Origin: a virus
Virus record (IMG/VR): IMGVR_UViG_3300037041_000399
Location: 14,237-78,236 of that record
Reading direction: 5' to 3' (one strand)
DNA length: 64,000 nt
The notes beneath the pieces were generated by a model. It ran no database searches. It saw nothing but the letters and a program-made list of their open reading frames with translations, and was not told the DNA's origin. Below are positions 8,795-19,900 of the stretch, one piece after another. Both the position numbers and the translations under genes were made by a program. The number at the start of each line of letters is the position of its first letter. The stretch's first letter is position 1.

Positions 8795-10015
8795 ATGGCT
8801 GCAACAAGCGTTAACTATACCAGCGGAACATCTGGTAATAATAACAATTATGTATTACAAGAAGCTATTGGTGCTTATAGCGATGAAGCTTACACCACTG
8901 CTCGTAAACTTTCTGGTACTGGAATCACATCTAGCAACCCACAAATTGATACTAACACAGAAACCTTTATTGGTCAAATGCGTTGGTTAAAACCTTTAAA
9001 TCCAACTATCAATATTGCGTCTTTAACAGATGCTACTGATGGTGCTAAAACTAACTATCAATCAGAATTTAGTACTTACATTAAAACTGTTCGTACTCAT
9101 GGTGCTGAAAAAGTCAACATGACTGAAGTAGTTACACGTCAAGATGGTTTAGCTAAAATTGGTCGTGACTTTGGCGAAACTCGTGCGCAAGACGAACACA
9201 ATGCAATTCTTTCTGTATTGAAAGGTGTTGCTATTTCTGAAGCACTATTAGGCACTGGCACAGGCGGCTTAGGCGGCCAAACTTTCACTAATGATCCTAC
9301 AAGCATGAACAACGGTTTCTACGTTGATTTAGGCTCTACAGGTAAAATTGTTAGTGCTAATGGTGTATCACCTGCTGGTGTTGCTAACTATGCATACCAA
9401 GGTGCATCACGTGCAGAAAGCCTTTTAAATGCGTTCGGTCAAGCTTTCAAAGACTACGAACCAGAATGGGCATACTTAGCTGTGTCTCCTGAAGTATTAG
9501 CGTCTTTCCGTTCAGCTAATTTCGTTGATGAAATTACTATTACCGAAGGCAACATGAACTTCCAAACAATCTTCAATGGTAAATTCCGTTTGATTGTTAC
9601 ACGTGCTAACCAATCTTTAAGCACTGATGAATTGACTGCCCTTAACTTAGGTGCTGGTGTTGACATTACAGGTACTAAAACCTCATTTATTATCTTACCT
9701 GGTGCTATTGCAATGGAATCATTAGCAGTGCCTGATTCTACTGAAGTATACCGTGATGCTAACAAATACAAAGGTGGTGGTGTTACTTCTGTCTGGTCAC
9801 GTTGGGGCTATGTATTAGCACCTGCTGGTTATGACTGGAATGGTGATGTAACTAAATTCCCAAGTGATTCTGATTACTCTCAATTCCGTGCTGCTGGCGC
9901 AACTGTTGCTGCTACTGGTGTTAATGCAGGTAACCGTGCAAGTGTACAAGGTGCTTGGAAACGTAAAGCGTCTTCTGCATTGTCTTTAGGTATCTTGCCT
10001 GTATTCCATTCTTAA
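8795..10015 (+). CDS. Major capsid protein
   Basis: 406 aa, strongly biased codon usage, strong RBS, position between scaffold and head-tail adaptor. Confidence 0.8.
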   Translation: MAATSVNYTSGTSGNNNNYVLQEAIGAYSDEAYTTARKLSGTGITSSNPQIDTNTETFIGQMRWLKPLNPTINIASLTDATDGAKTNYQSEFSTYIKTVRTHGAEKVNMTEVVTRQDGLAKIGRDFGETRAQDEHNAILSVLKGVAISEALLGTGTGGLGGQTFTNDPTSMNNGFYVDLGSTGKIVSANGVSPAGVANYAYQGASRAESLLNAFGQAFKDYEPEWAYLAVSPEVLASFRSANFVDEITITEGNMNFQTIFNGKFRLIVTRANQSLSTDELTALNLGAGVDITGTKTSFIILPGAIAMESLAVPDSTEVYRDANKYKGGGVTSVWSRWGYVLAPAGYDWNGDVTKFPSDSDYSQFRAAGATVAATGVNAGNRASVQGAWKRKASSALSLGILPVFHS

Positions 10016-10025
10016 GGAGTAGGTT

Positions 10026-10502
10026 ATGGCACTCGTTAAAGGTGTTAATTCTTATGCTAATTTGACAGAGGCCGATACTTATTTTGAAAACAAGTTAGAC
10101 GTGGCTGCTTGGCTTGATGCTGCTGATACTCAAAAAGAGCAAGCATTATGTACAGCCACAGCTATTCTCGATGAATTGGTATGGATCGGAGTCATTTATG
10201 ACCCTTCTCAAAGTTTGGCATTCCCTCGAAAAGATGCAGAATACTTCGATCCTAAACAAGGTACTATGGTAGAGTTATCTGGTATTCCATTGAGAATAAC
10301 AATCGCTACCTATGAACTTGCATATCATCTTTTAAACAATGATGGTCTATTTGATGACACAGGCATGGTAAAGAATCTTAATTTAGGTGATATTAGTTTA
10401 CAGACAGTGATGCCTGCTAACAAAATACCACGTATTGTAAGAAGCTATATCAACCCATTACTAACTAATAGTGGTGCAAGAACATGGTGGAGGGCTAACT
10501 AA
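10026..10502 (+). CDS. Head-tail adaptor (DnaT-like / SPP1 gp15-type)
   Basis: NSYANLTEADTYF...QSLAFPR...ATYELA motif pattern; position after capsid gene. Confidence 0.75.
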   Translation: MALVKGVNSYANLTEADTYFENKLDVAAWLDAADTQKEQALCTATAILDELVWIGVIYDPSQSLAFPRKDAEYFDPKQGTMVELSGIPLRITIATYELAYHLLNNDGLFDDTGMVKNLNLGDISLQTVMPANKIPRIVRSYINPLLTNSGARTWWRAN

Positions 10503-10843
10503 TGGCCTACAAAGGACTTATTGGAAACCAGTTGACATTGGCATTTAACATGGCTAAAGATTTAGCTGTGTCAATGACGTTCATGAGTGCCACAAAAGAA
10601 TTTGATTTTAGCACTGGTGCTGTAGACACTACTGCCTCAAGCAGTGTCATTGTAAAAGCTATTCCCGTGAAAACAAGAAAGACAAAAGACTCTGAATCCT
10701 TACAAATCTTAATTAAGAACAAGGATGTCGGTGACGTGTCTCTCTTTTCTACTGTTGTGAATGACGGCGTGGAATGGACTATTAGTGCTACGATCATCTC
10801 AAATACATACACGAGTATATTAGAACTTACGAGGTCATTATAA
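10502..10843 (+). CDS. Head closure (stopper) protein
   Basis: Synteny, size and beta-rich sequence. Confidence 0.5.
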   Translation: MAYKGLIGNQLTLAFNMAKDLAVSMTFMSATKEFDFSTGAVDTTASSSVIVKAIPVKTRKTKDSESLQILIKNKDVGDVSLFSTVVNDGVEWTISATIISNTYTSILELTRSL

Positions 10844-11247
10844 TGGGAAAATTCGTAGGTGTTGAGAAAGATATATTTAGTGTATTTGCTACCCCTGCGT
10901 GGGTGGCAGAGAGTATAAAGACATTCCCATCGAACTATATAACTGTGAATAGTGGCAAGGAATTTATCCGAGTCTCTGTGATACCTAGTGGTTACGGCAT
11001 AAACCGTACTTCTACTAGCGGTATCCTCATGATTGATATTTTTATACCTGCCGGAGGAGGCACAAGACGTGCTTTCGAGATTGCAGACACATTAGATTCC
11101 TATTTAGTGAATAAGGCTATCAGTCATTTAACCGATAATGCTCAAACCCAATTTGGGTTCAGTTCGATTAGTCCTAATGGGATCGACAAGGACAATCCCT
11201 CACTATATAGAGTCACTTACTCTATCACGTTTAACTACTTTTGTTAA
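10843..11247 (+). CDS. Tail terminator protein
   Basis: FIRVSV...GILMIDIFIPAGGGTRRAFEIADTL pattern; immediately upstream of tail-tube genes. Confidence 0.65.
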   Translation: MGKFVGVEKDIFSVFATPAWVAESIKTFPSNYITVNSGKEFIRVSVIPSGYGINRTSTSGILMIDIFIPAGGGTRRAFEIADTLDSYLVNKAISHLTDNAQTQFGFSSISPNGIDKDNPSLYRVTYSITFNYFC

Positions 11248-11256
11248 GGAATAAAA

Positions 11257-11814
11257 ATGGCGGCTAATCATATTAGTTCTATTAGTAGTGCAATGTATAC
11301 AAACCTTTGCATTACAACAGCTACAAAATCAGCTTCAGCATTACCTACTGGTGACGGTGTAGCAACACCTTTTGCCGTATATACTGCAGGCTCACCTGAG
11401 TTTACAGAAATTCGTAATATTAAAGAATTTCCTGCTATTGGTACACCAGCTAATATTGTCAAAGTGCCTGAATACGGTTCAGAAACTTCTTTCCAAATTC
11501 AAGGTCAAGCTGATGCTCCGCAAATGGAGATTACACTTAACTATGTACCTTCAGAATGGGCAGAAAATAAATTGCTTAATGGTGGCGGTATTAAAGTTGG
11601 CGATAAGAAAATCTATATGTTTAGGTTTGCTTTATTGTCTAAAGCAGCTAACAACACTCTTATCGATGGTTTTGGCGGTACTGCAAACTCTTGCTATTAT
11701 TTCTTAGGCAAATTGGAAGCCTTAGAAGTAACTCCAAGCTTAACAGACGCAATGACTGCTAAATTGACTATTTCTGTACAATCGTCAATCGTTGGCGCGT
11801 ACTCAGTTGCTTAA
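11257..11814 (+). CDS. Major tail (tube) protein, paralog 1
   Basis: IKEFPAIGTPANIVKVP...QIQGQADAPQMEITLNYVP, tail-tube-like; synteny. Confidence 0.75.
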   Translation: MAANHISSISSAMYTNLCITTATKSASALPTGDGVATPFAVYTAGSPEFTEIRNIKEFPAIGTPANIVKVPEYGSETSFQIQGQADAPQMEITLNYVPSEWAENKLLNGGGIKVGDKKIYMFRFALLSKAANNTLIDGFGGTANSCYYFLGKLEALEVTPSLTDAMTAKLTISVQSSIVGAYSVA

Positions 11815-11826
11815 GGAGATCAACTA

Positions 11827-12618
11827 ATGGCACATATTAAATCTTTGGGTGCTGCACGTTATGCAGACCTTTCTGTATCTTTGTTAGCAACCGGTACTGC
11901 AGCTGAATATACCAATGCCAATGGTATTACATTTGCGCACATGGAAACTATCTTAGCTACGATTAAATCAATTTCTGGTAAAAGTGGATTATCTTCTGCA
12001 GCTGGCGACAATACAGCATTAGCTGCTGCAATGTCAGCAGTACCTGTTACTGGTAATGCGGTTGGCTTGTTTGCAAAAGAAGCAGTAGCTTCTGGAGACA
12101 CCACTTTAAGTTTAGCTAATACTAAAAACTATATTAGAATTAAACATGTAAAAGAATTCCCTGCTATTGGTACACCTGCGAATATCGTTAAGGTGCCTAA
12201 TTATGGTAGAAAAAGTTCTTTGCAAATTCAAGGTCAAGCCGATTCTCCTACAATGGAGTTAACACTTAACTATGTACCTTCATTATGGGAAAGTAATACA
12301 CTCAGCACTGAAGACGCTAGCGGATTACCTGTTACTTCTTTTGCCAAAATTGGTGATGGTCGTGTTTATCTATTCAGATTTACCTTATTAGATACTAAAC
12401 CAGATGGCTATAATGCTATTAAAGGTACTATTACTAATGAAGATTCTATTGCTGATGATGGTAACTTGACAACTTTAACTGCTGCAGAAAACACAAGCTA
12501 TTATTTCTTGGGTAAACTTGAAGCTTTAGAAGTAACACCAAGCTTGACTGATGCAATTACAGCTAAACTAACAATTGCTGTACAATCAGATGTTTACGGT
12601 GCTTTCACTGTAGATTAA
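11827..12618 (+). CDS. Major tail (tube) protein, paralog 2
   Basis: Shares KEFPAIGTPANIVKVP, QIQGQAD, TLNYVPS and YYFLGKLEALEVTPSLTDA blocks with the previous gene. Confidence 0.75.
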   Translation: MAHIKSLGAARYADLSVSLLATGTAAEYTNANGITFAHMETILATIKSISGKSGLSSAAGDNTALAAAMSAVPVTGNAVGLFAKEAVASGDTTLSLANTKNYIRIKHVKEFPAIGTPANIVKVPNYGRKSSLQIQGQADSPTMELTLNYVPSLWESNTLSTEDASGLPVTSFAKIGDGRVYLFRFTLLDTKPDGYNAIKGTITNEDSIADDGNLTTLTAAENTSYYFLGKLEALEVTPSLTDAITAKLTIAVQSDVYGAFTVD

Positions 12619-12638
12619 TCTATATTTCCTATATGGAA

Positions 12639-12675
12639 TGCTCAACGGCTGGAGCAATTAAAACAAGAAGGCCGT
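12639..12675 (+). ncRNA. Predicted H-type pseudoknot in the tail operon intergenic region
   Basis: S1 TGCTC/GAGCA; loop ACGGCT pairs with GGCCGT (12670-12675); A-rich loop 3. Confidence 0.45.
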
Positions 12676-12688
12676 CTTTATATTAAGG

Positions 12689-12910
12689 ATGACTATGGAA
12701 TTCGATAAACCATTTAGCTTGGAATATGTAATTGGGATTACAGTCAAGCATATGCTGAAAAGCATAGATATAAGTATTAATAAAACATTCGAAAGAACTA
12801 AAGATGAGTCTCTGTCTCCTGCAAAGAAAACAGAAGCTTTCGAAACTCTCTCAATTTTACATCAAATGCGAGCACAACTAGATGAGCGCAAAATCAATAA
12901 AGGTAAGTAA
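12689..12910 (+). CDS. Hypothetical protein in tail module
   Basis: ORF with RBS aagga. Confidence 0.55.
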   Translation: MTMEFDKPFSLEYVIGITVKHMLKSIDISINKTFERTKDESLSPAKKTEAFETLSILHQMRAQLDERKINKGK

Positions 12911-12911
12911 C

Positions 12912-13229
12912 ATGTCAGAAGCAAAAGGTATTAAAGCACTTGTTGGTCAACGTATGACTAAAACAGTTAAGTTCTTAGGTGGAGATGTTAAGATCTCTAA
13001 GTTAACTGTTGCTGAAGTTTTAGAAATTCAAGCAAAAGCTAAAGACGCAGAAAAAGATGAAAACGCAGGTTTAGAATTATTGAAAACTGTTATTCGTTCT
13101 GCTGTTGAAGGCGGTTCTGACTTAGATGATAGTGATTTTGATAATTTCCCAATGGATGAATTATCACGTCTTTCTAATGAGATTATGAAGTATTCTGGAT
13201 TAGGCCAAGAAGCGGGAAAGTCTGCTTAA
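12912..13229 (+). CDS. Tail assembly chaperone (lambda gpG equivalent)
   Basis: Between tail-tube and tape-measure genes; ends in G-GGA-AAG slippery site; ATG 12912 has RBS aaggt. Confidence 0.8.
   Translation: MSEAKGIKALVGQRMTKTVKFLGGDVKISKLTVAEVLEIQAKAKDAEKDENAGLELLKTVIRSAVEGGSDLDDSDFDNFPMDELSRLSNEIMKYSGLGQEAGKSA
13214..13220 (+). promoter_or_regulatory. -1 programmed ribosomal frameshift site GGGAAAG
   Basis: Same heptamer as lambda G/T, correct phase (G GGA AAG); -1 frame is open through to the 13274-13564 ORF. Confidence 0.85.
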
Positions 13230-13564
13230 ATCCTGAAGAGCTTTCAATCTTTGAATTAGCTTTTCATCTTAAAATGCCTATCTATAAAATGTATGAAGAG
13301 ATGACTTATGAAGAACTACTAGGGTGGTTTAGTTATCTTGAACAAAGACCTATAGAATGGCGTGCGGATGACAGGGCAGCTAAGCTTATACAAGTACAGG
13401 GTGTCAAGGAAAAACCTTGGCAACTGTTTACTTCATTAGATGCTATTTACAATCCAAAATCTAATAGCAATAAAGAGGAAGGCGAATTTGATGCGAATAA
13501 CTTTAAACGCTCTGGATTCTTCCAACAGCTAATGAAAGCTTCAGGGGGAGAGGTATTAAAATGA
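13220..13564 (+). CDS. Tail chaperone T portion (gpGT-like, expressed via -1 frameshift)
   Basis: -1 frame reads VCLNPEELSIFELAFHLKMPIYKMYEEMTYEELLGWFSY..., a typical gpT-like segment. Confidence 0.75.
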   Translation, partial: VCLNPEELSIFELAFHLKMPIYKMYEEMTYEELLGWFSYLEQRPIEWRADDRAAKLIQVQGVKEKPWQLFTSLDAIYNPKSNSNKEEGEFDANNFKRSGFFQQLMKASGGEVLK

Positions 13565-13857
13565 GTATTAAAGTTACTTTAAATCTAAATGAAATTTTAC
13601 AGGCAAAAACACAAGCTGCTATAAATGATACTGTAGATACTTTAGTAGAAGCATTAAAAGCTGCCACTCCTGTAGACACTGGTCGCGCTAGAGATGGTTG
13701 GCAAAACGTAGATGGAAAAATAATTAATGATGTTGAATATATCAGTGAATTGAATGCAGGCAGCAGTAAACAAGCTCCTGCATACTTCATTGAACGGACA
13801 TTATTAGAACATAGTCAAGTAGACTCTAATGGTGTTATTGTTACACCTACAAACTAA
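13561..13857 (+). CDS. HK97 gp10-like tail completion/neck protein
   Basis: ATPVDTGRARDGW...NDVEYISELNAGSSKQAPAYFI motif. Confidence 0.75.
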   Translation: MSIKVTLNLNEILQAKTQAAINDTVDTLVEALKAATPVDTGRARDGWQNVDGKIINDVEYISELNAGSSKQAPAYFIERTLLEHSQVDSNGVIVTPTN

Positions 13858-13862
13858 TAACA

Positions 13863-13903
13863 CCCCTTTATTATTACCTTATGGTATTAGTGGAGGGGTT
13901 TTT
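13863..13903 (+). terminator. Intrinsic terminator before the tape measure gene
   Basis: CCCCTTTATTATTACC-TTAT-GGTATTAGTGGAGGGG followed by T-run. Confidence 0.6.
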
Positions 13904-13917
13904 AATGGAGAAACAGG

Positions 13918-16900
13918 ATGTCAGGTATAGTCATCGAAGTCGAAGCAAAGGTATCCCAAGCAGAGACTTCATTAGAACGATTAAACGATGTAGTACGAAA
14001 TATCACAGCAAGCCTTAAAGCTGTTGATAAAGGATTGGAAAATCTATCACTTAAGAAAGAAGTTCCATTAGACAAAACAGAGAAAGCTTTAAATAATTTA
14101 TCACCTAAAATCGATAAGTTGCAAAGCAGCACTGATAAGTTATTTAAAGGTTCTTCTAATGTAGATAATCGATATTCAAAGGAATTTGTTAATATTGGTG
14201 TATCTGCAGAAATGGCAGGTAAGCGAGTAGAAAAGGCTTTTAATGATATTACATTAAAACCTAACGATGCTGCATTAAAAAGTTTTTCATTTGAAATTGA
14301 TAGAACATCTAGAAAGATATCTAAACAAATGTCAGAAGGTATTTCTAAAAAAGATCTTAGAGATACTGAAAGTAGTCTATTAAACATAAATAAAAGTATT
14401 ACAGGTATTTCAGGTAATATTACAAGTGCCGTTGGTTCTATTGGTACTGCAATTGCCGCTTTTGGCTCTATTGCTACCATTGGAATGTTTGTAAAATCAC
14501 TATCAGATATTACGTCATCTTTTACTGAAATAGAATCTAAGATTGCAATGGTAACAGGGCGTACTGTTGCATTCTCAGAAGCACAACAAGCACTGTTAAA
14601 AGTTGCTGCAGAGACACGTACTACCTATGGAGCTACTGCAGATGCCTTCTCAGGTGTTGGGCGTGCTATGAAAGACGTTGGGGCAACTAGTGAGCAACTG
14701 TTCAGAGTTACTAAGGTATTGCAGCAATCGCAGGCGTTGTCTGGCGGCTCGTCAGAGGGCTTTAAAGCGGCAATGATGCAGTTGAATCAAGGCCTTTCTT
14801 CTGGCGCACTACGGGGCGAAGAACTCAATTCTGTGCTAGAACAGGCACCTGCTATTGCAGACGCACTTGCGCGGTCTTTACACGTTTCTGTAGGCGCATT
14901 AAAAGGAATTGCTGAACAAGGTAAACTAACAACTTCAGTAGTTTTCAGTTCATTGCTAAAGCAAGCCGATTATATTAATGATAAATTCAAAGCTATTAAC
15001 CCAACGCTAGGCAATGCAATGGAAGCTGGCTTTGAAGGTGCTAAACGATTTGCCTTTGAATTAGACAAAGGATTAGGTCTCTCTCAAGATCTTGCAAAAG
15101 CTGTTTCTAAACTAACATCCGGGTTAGGCACAAAAACCAGTGGCATTAGAGTCTTTGCAGCTGACTTTGATGTACAATTAAAAGAAGCAATTATACGTGT
15201 TAAATCGTATATGCAGCCTTTGACACAAGTCGTTACAGCACTGGGGCAAGAATTTTATAGAGTATTTTCTTCTTGGAAAATTCCAGAAGGTTCCCAAAAG
15301 CCTCTAGATGATCTGATACGTAAGTTTACAATATTTAAATTTGTACTTACGCATACAGACCCTGGAACAGATACTAAGATTTTATTTAGAAAAGTAGAAA
15401 CTGCAATTGTAGACAGTGTAAAAACTATCAGTGATTTATTAGATAAGGGGATAAAACTTAGCGATAAGTTTATTATGCCTATTATTGATAAGATTAAAGA
15501 TTTGTATCCTAAAGCCAGAAAAGCGTTATTAACAACCCTAGATGGTCTCAGAAGTGTCATAAAAGAATCAATGTCAGTACTTGCTGACGGCTTTGAAATT
15601 GGTGCTGAATTTGTTAAACCTATTATTAGAGAGTTGACTAAGCTGCCAGATCAGCTAATACTAATTTTTAATAAAGTAGCCAAGGCTTTAGGTAGTGCTG
15701 CTTCTGCTACCAGTTCGCTTGCTGATGGCGTTGCAGATTTATTAGATTCTGTTACCCTTAAAGTAGGTGATTTAGACGGTATTTACGAGTACTTAAATAG
15801 CTTTAAAGATAAAGTAATTACTATCTTCTTTAAAATATGGGATGCAGTTATTGGCCACTCATGGTGGACTGATACAATTGATAGTATTATAGATACTTCC
15901 AAGTCTCTTTGGGAAAAAGCTTCTCCTGGCCTTATACGCTTTAGAGATAGTATAATTGCGTTATTTAAAACTATTGCTAGTACGGTTACTACAGCATTTA
16001 ATGATGCTATGGTTAAGCTTAATATAGAACCTAAATCAGTCTCATTTAAAATACCAATAAGTATAGATGATGCTAAGGTACAATTTGAAGGCGTGTATGA
16101 CAGCTTTGTAAAAACGTTTGATAAATTTAAAGATGATTTCCCTTTACTATTCAAAGCAATAGCAGCAGGCGTTGGTGCGATTCTTGTAGGAATGTTCTTA
16201 CCTTCTGGCAATTTTGTATTATTGCTTGAAGCAGCTTTAATTTCAGCTTCGATTCAAAGTGCTACAATGTTTGCAGAAACAATTGGCAGAGACTTAGGGG
16301 ACGCAAGCCTTTTAGCTGGTTTAGGTAATAACTTAGGTGCTGCAGCTGGAAAGCTCTTTGCATCATTCCTTGCTAATATGCCACTACTTGTTAGCGCATT
16401 CCTTGGCTTTATTAGTGAATTTACAAAAGAATTCTTAAAGCAATTACCTATCATTGGAGTGGCATTTAAAGCTCTCTTCGGAATAGCTGGTGCCTTTGGC
16501 ATGGCAGGGCCTTTAGGTCTTGTAGGTGCTATATTCTTCGGCAGAGGTATATTAGGCATAATGGCAACATTTGGCTTTTATACTGAAGCGATAACGGGCT
16601 TCATGGCAAAAATGGCAATTCTTGGTAACTTCTTTGGAGGCGGTGGCGGGTTAATCTCTAGGTTATTATTTGGAGCAGGTAGAGCTTGGCATTTTCTTCC
16701 TATATTAGGATTAATAGCATCTCTATCAGGTGCTTTTGATGCATTGTATAATGATTCTAGTCTGAGTGCTTTAATCATTAATGGCGGTTTAATCTATTTT
16801 GCAATCTTTGGTAAAGGCGGTTTAGCTGGATTTGCTAAAATAGGTATGTTAGTTCGTGCTAATATTGTAGGCATACTATCAGAGTTTACTGCAACAGCAG

Positions 16901-19900
16901 GATTAGCATCTAGTATTGCAGCTGGCGGTGCCTTTGGTCCAATGTTAATGGCTGGTATTCGTAATTTCAGAAACTTCTTTAGAGGTGTTTCTGCGATGTC
17001 TGCAATGTTTTTCTCTTCTTCATTGAGCAGTTGGGCACAATACTTTACCAGATGGATAGCAGTTACAGGCTTTTCTGGCAATATACTTAGATTCTTTAGA
17101 ACCTTTTATTTAAATATCTTTGGTCCAATTACTGCAGCCTCATATTCCTTTGCACCGTTAGCACAATCTTTTGTAGCTGCAATTAGTGCTATGAAAGCAG
17201 CTGCTGTAAGCTTTATAATGACTGCAAGAACTGCAGGTATTGCGATGGGCGGCTGGCTTGCTGCACTGACAAGAATGTTATTAGGTGGACCAGGGATTTT
17301 AATACTTGTTGGATTAATTGCTTCTTTATTTAGCAAATCAGCTGATGCTGCTGAATCCTTTAGAGAAGAAAGTAACAAAGGTTTCTTTGAAAACTTAACT
17401 GATAATATTGCTAATCTTGATATTATAGGCTATTTTAGAGGACTGAAAGATAAGCTTGATGCAATTGATTTTGGAGGGATGCTTGGTGTAAACTTTAAAG
17501 TCTCTATATATGCTGCTCTAACAGCAGTCACTGCGGCTTTAATGCTGTTTAGTACAAATGTACGTAAAACACTTATGCTCTTGGCTGGCGACTTGTTAGT
17601 ATTTTCAGGTAAAGCTTTATTCAGCATTGCAGCATTATTTAGTCCTGTAGAAGTTTTAGCAGCTGGCGCACTATTGCTCAAAGCAGGCTGGTGGGCTGGT
17701 GTAAACCTCAATAGAGGTTTAACAATGGGCTTTGCGCTTAAAGATACTATTATCTCAATTATTATGAGACTTCAGGCAACAGCAGCTTTAGCTGGTGCAA
17801 TGAGAACCTTGGGCATAACAATGGCTGTCGGATTGTTAGGAGCGTTTTCTGCAGAGGCTATTGGATTTGCAGACTTCTCAGCAATGTCTGTGTTAGGCTT
17901 TACTGCAATTGCCGCATTTATTTATCCTATTTTAAACGGTTTAACGGTGATTCCTGCTGCTATTACTGCAGCATTTACTGGCGGTACGATTATGCAAGCT
18001 ATTGGTGTATTATCGGCTAGAATATTATTGATGTTTGCACCATTAGGCTTAGCTGCTGCAGGTGCCTTTGCAGGCGCATGGGCAGGTGGCCAGTTTGGTG
18101 ATGACATGGCTATGATAGGTGGACTTGCTGGCGCTTTGTTAGCCTTTAAGTTTACTGAATCAATTATGACAGGTATCACTGAGTTCTTGGCTGTTGGTGC
18201 AAGACTCATGACATTAGGTTGGGTAGGTTTAGCCTTAACAGCTGCTGGACTTATTTATGCATGGTTATTTGGTAGTGACAGTACTTCATTATCACAAGAT
18301 TTAGATAGTATAATTGAAAAGACTCGTACGCTGTTTGGTATGAAACCTAATCCTGTTGATTTTAGAACTGGATTGCGTTTAGATGATTTACAAGCAGCTG
18401 CAACAATGGGTATTAAGATTGATTATAAAATTGATCCTATTAGTGCTGCATTAGCTTCTGACTCCTCCAAAGAAGCTGTAACAAAAGCCACAGAAGATTT
18501 AGCACAGGCTATTAGAGATGCAAAAGCAGATTGGGATATTTCAGGTTTAACTCAGGATCAAAGAGATCTATTACAGAAGAAAGTAAAAGCTACTGCAGCT
18601 CGTGTTGATGCCGCTTCTGCTTCTACGCCTTTTGTATTTAAAGACTTTGGAAAGAACTTGACCCAAGCTCAAAGATATCGTCCAGATACTCTTTGGGGGC
18701 AATTGCAAAGACAAGGTGCACAAGCAGCTTTAGATGCTGAGTTTGAAGTTAAATTAAAGCAATTGTCTATAGCAAGTAGAATGCCATGGAACCAGACATC
18801 AGCTGCTAGATTAGATCTTAAAAGCCAAAGAGATGCAGTTTCTCTTTCTAAAGATACTACTTACAATGCTAACTATTCTCCATTAGATGCTGAAACAGCT
18901 AAGTTAGCGCAACTTACAAAAGGCTTTGATAATCTTGGCCCTGTTGGTCCTAAGATGATGGCGCATCTCAAAGATACTGGTAGAGAGATTATAGCTCTAA
19001 CTAAGCAAATAAATGAGAATAAGTATTGGTTCTGGGAGCACCCTAACGGTAAGATATGGGAAAATGCTGCTCCAGATCCTAAGCTAATTGCACAAATGAA
19101 AATGCTTCGTGCAGAGTATAAATCAACTGCAGAAGATATTGTGCGTTATAGTACTCTCATGAAAGCTGCTCAATCTTTTGCAGGCAGAATAAGTTCTATT
19201 GCTAGCAAGTTTGATATGAAAGGTGTTGAAAGTAAATTAGACACTAATAAAATATTTGCTAATAGTGACACTGCTGTTAATCGAATGGAAAAGCTTGGTG
19301 AAGCTGCTGAAAGACTTTCTAAAAGCCTTGAGGGTGTATTTGATGTAAAAGCTAAGAATGATATTATTCTTAATATTGAAGAAGTTGTTAAGCAGAAAGA
19401 AAGACTTAAAGAAGATTCTGTACAGTCTTACAAGTATGCATCTCCTGTAATACCTAAGATGGCAGAAGAATTAGGATTAGGTGCAGGCAAAGCAGCTGCA
19501 GGATTACCTGAAAATATATCAGGCCCTGTATTAGCACGTATGACTGAATTAAAAAGACAACGTGAAGACTTTTTAAATAAGCCAGTTAGACCTGTAAATC
19601 CTGATTTAGTGCCTCAAGACTTTGTAAAAGAAACTGCGCAAAATAAGCATGAAACAATGGTATACCAAGGTGATATGCGCCTTTGGCAGACCCGTAAAAA
19701 GAACCAAGAAACTGTTATTAAAACACTTGAAGAAGAGTTTGCAAATAATAAACTAGGTTCTACGCAAGCTGCATTAATTCAGGCTAAAAGAGAAGCCACT
19801 AAGATCCAGATGGAGGAGCCTGTTAAGCCAGCATTAGCAATGCTAGATGCTAAAGCACAACAAGCTAAAATGGAAAAGCTTCGTATTGAATACAAACAGA

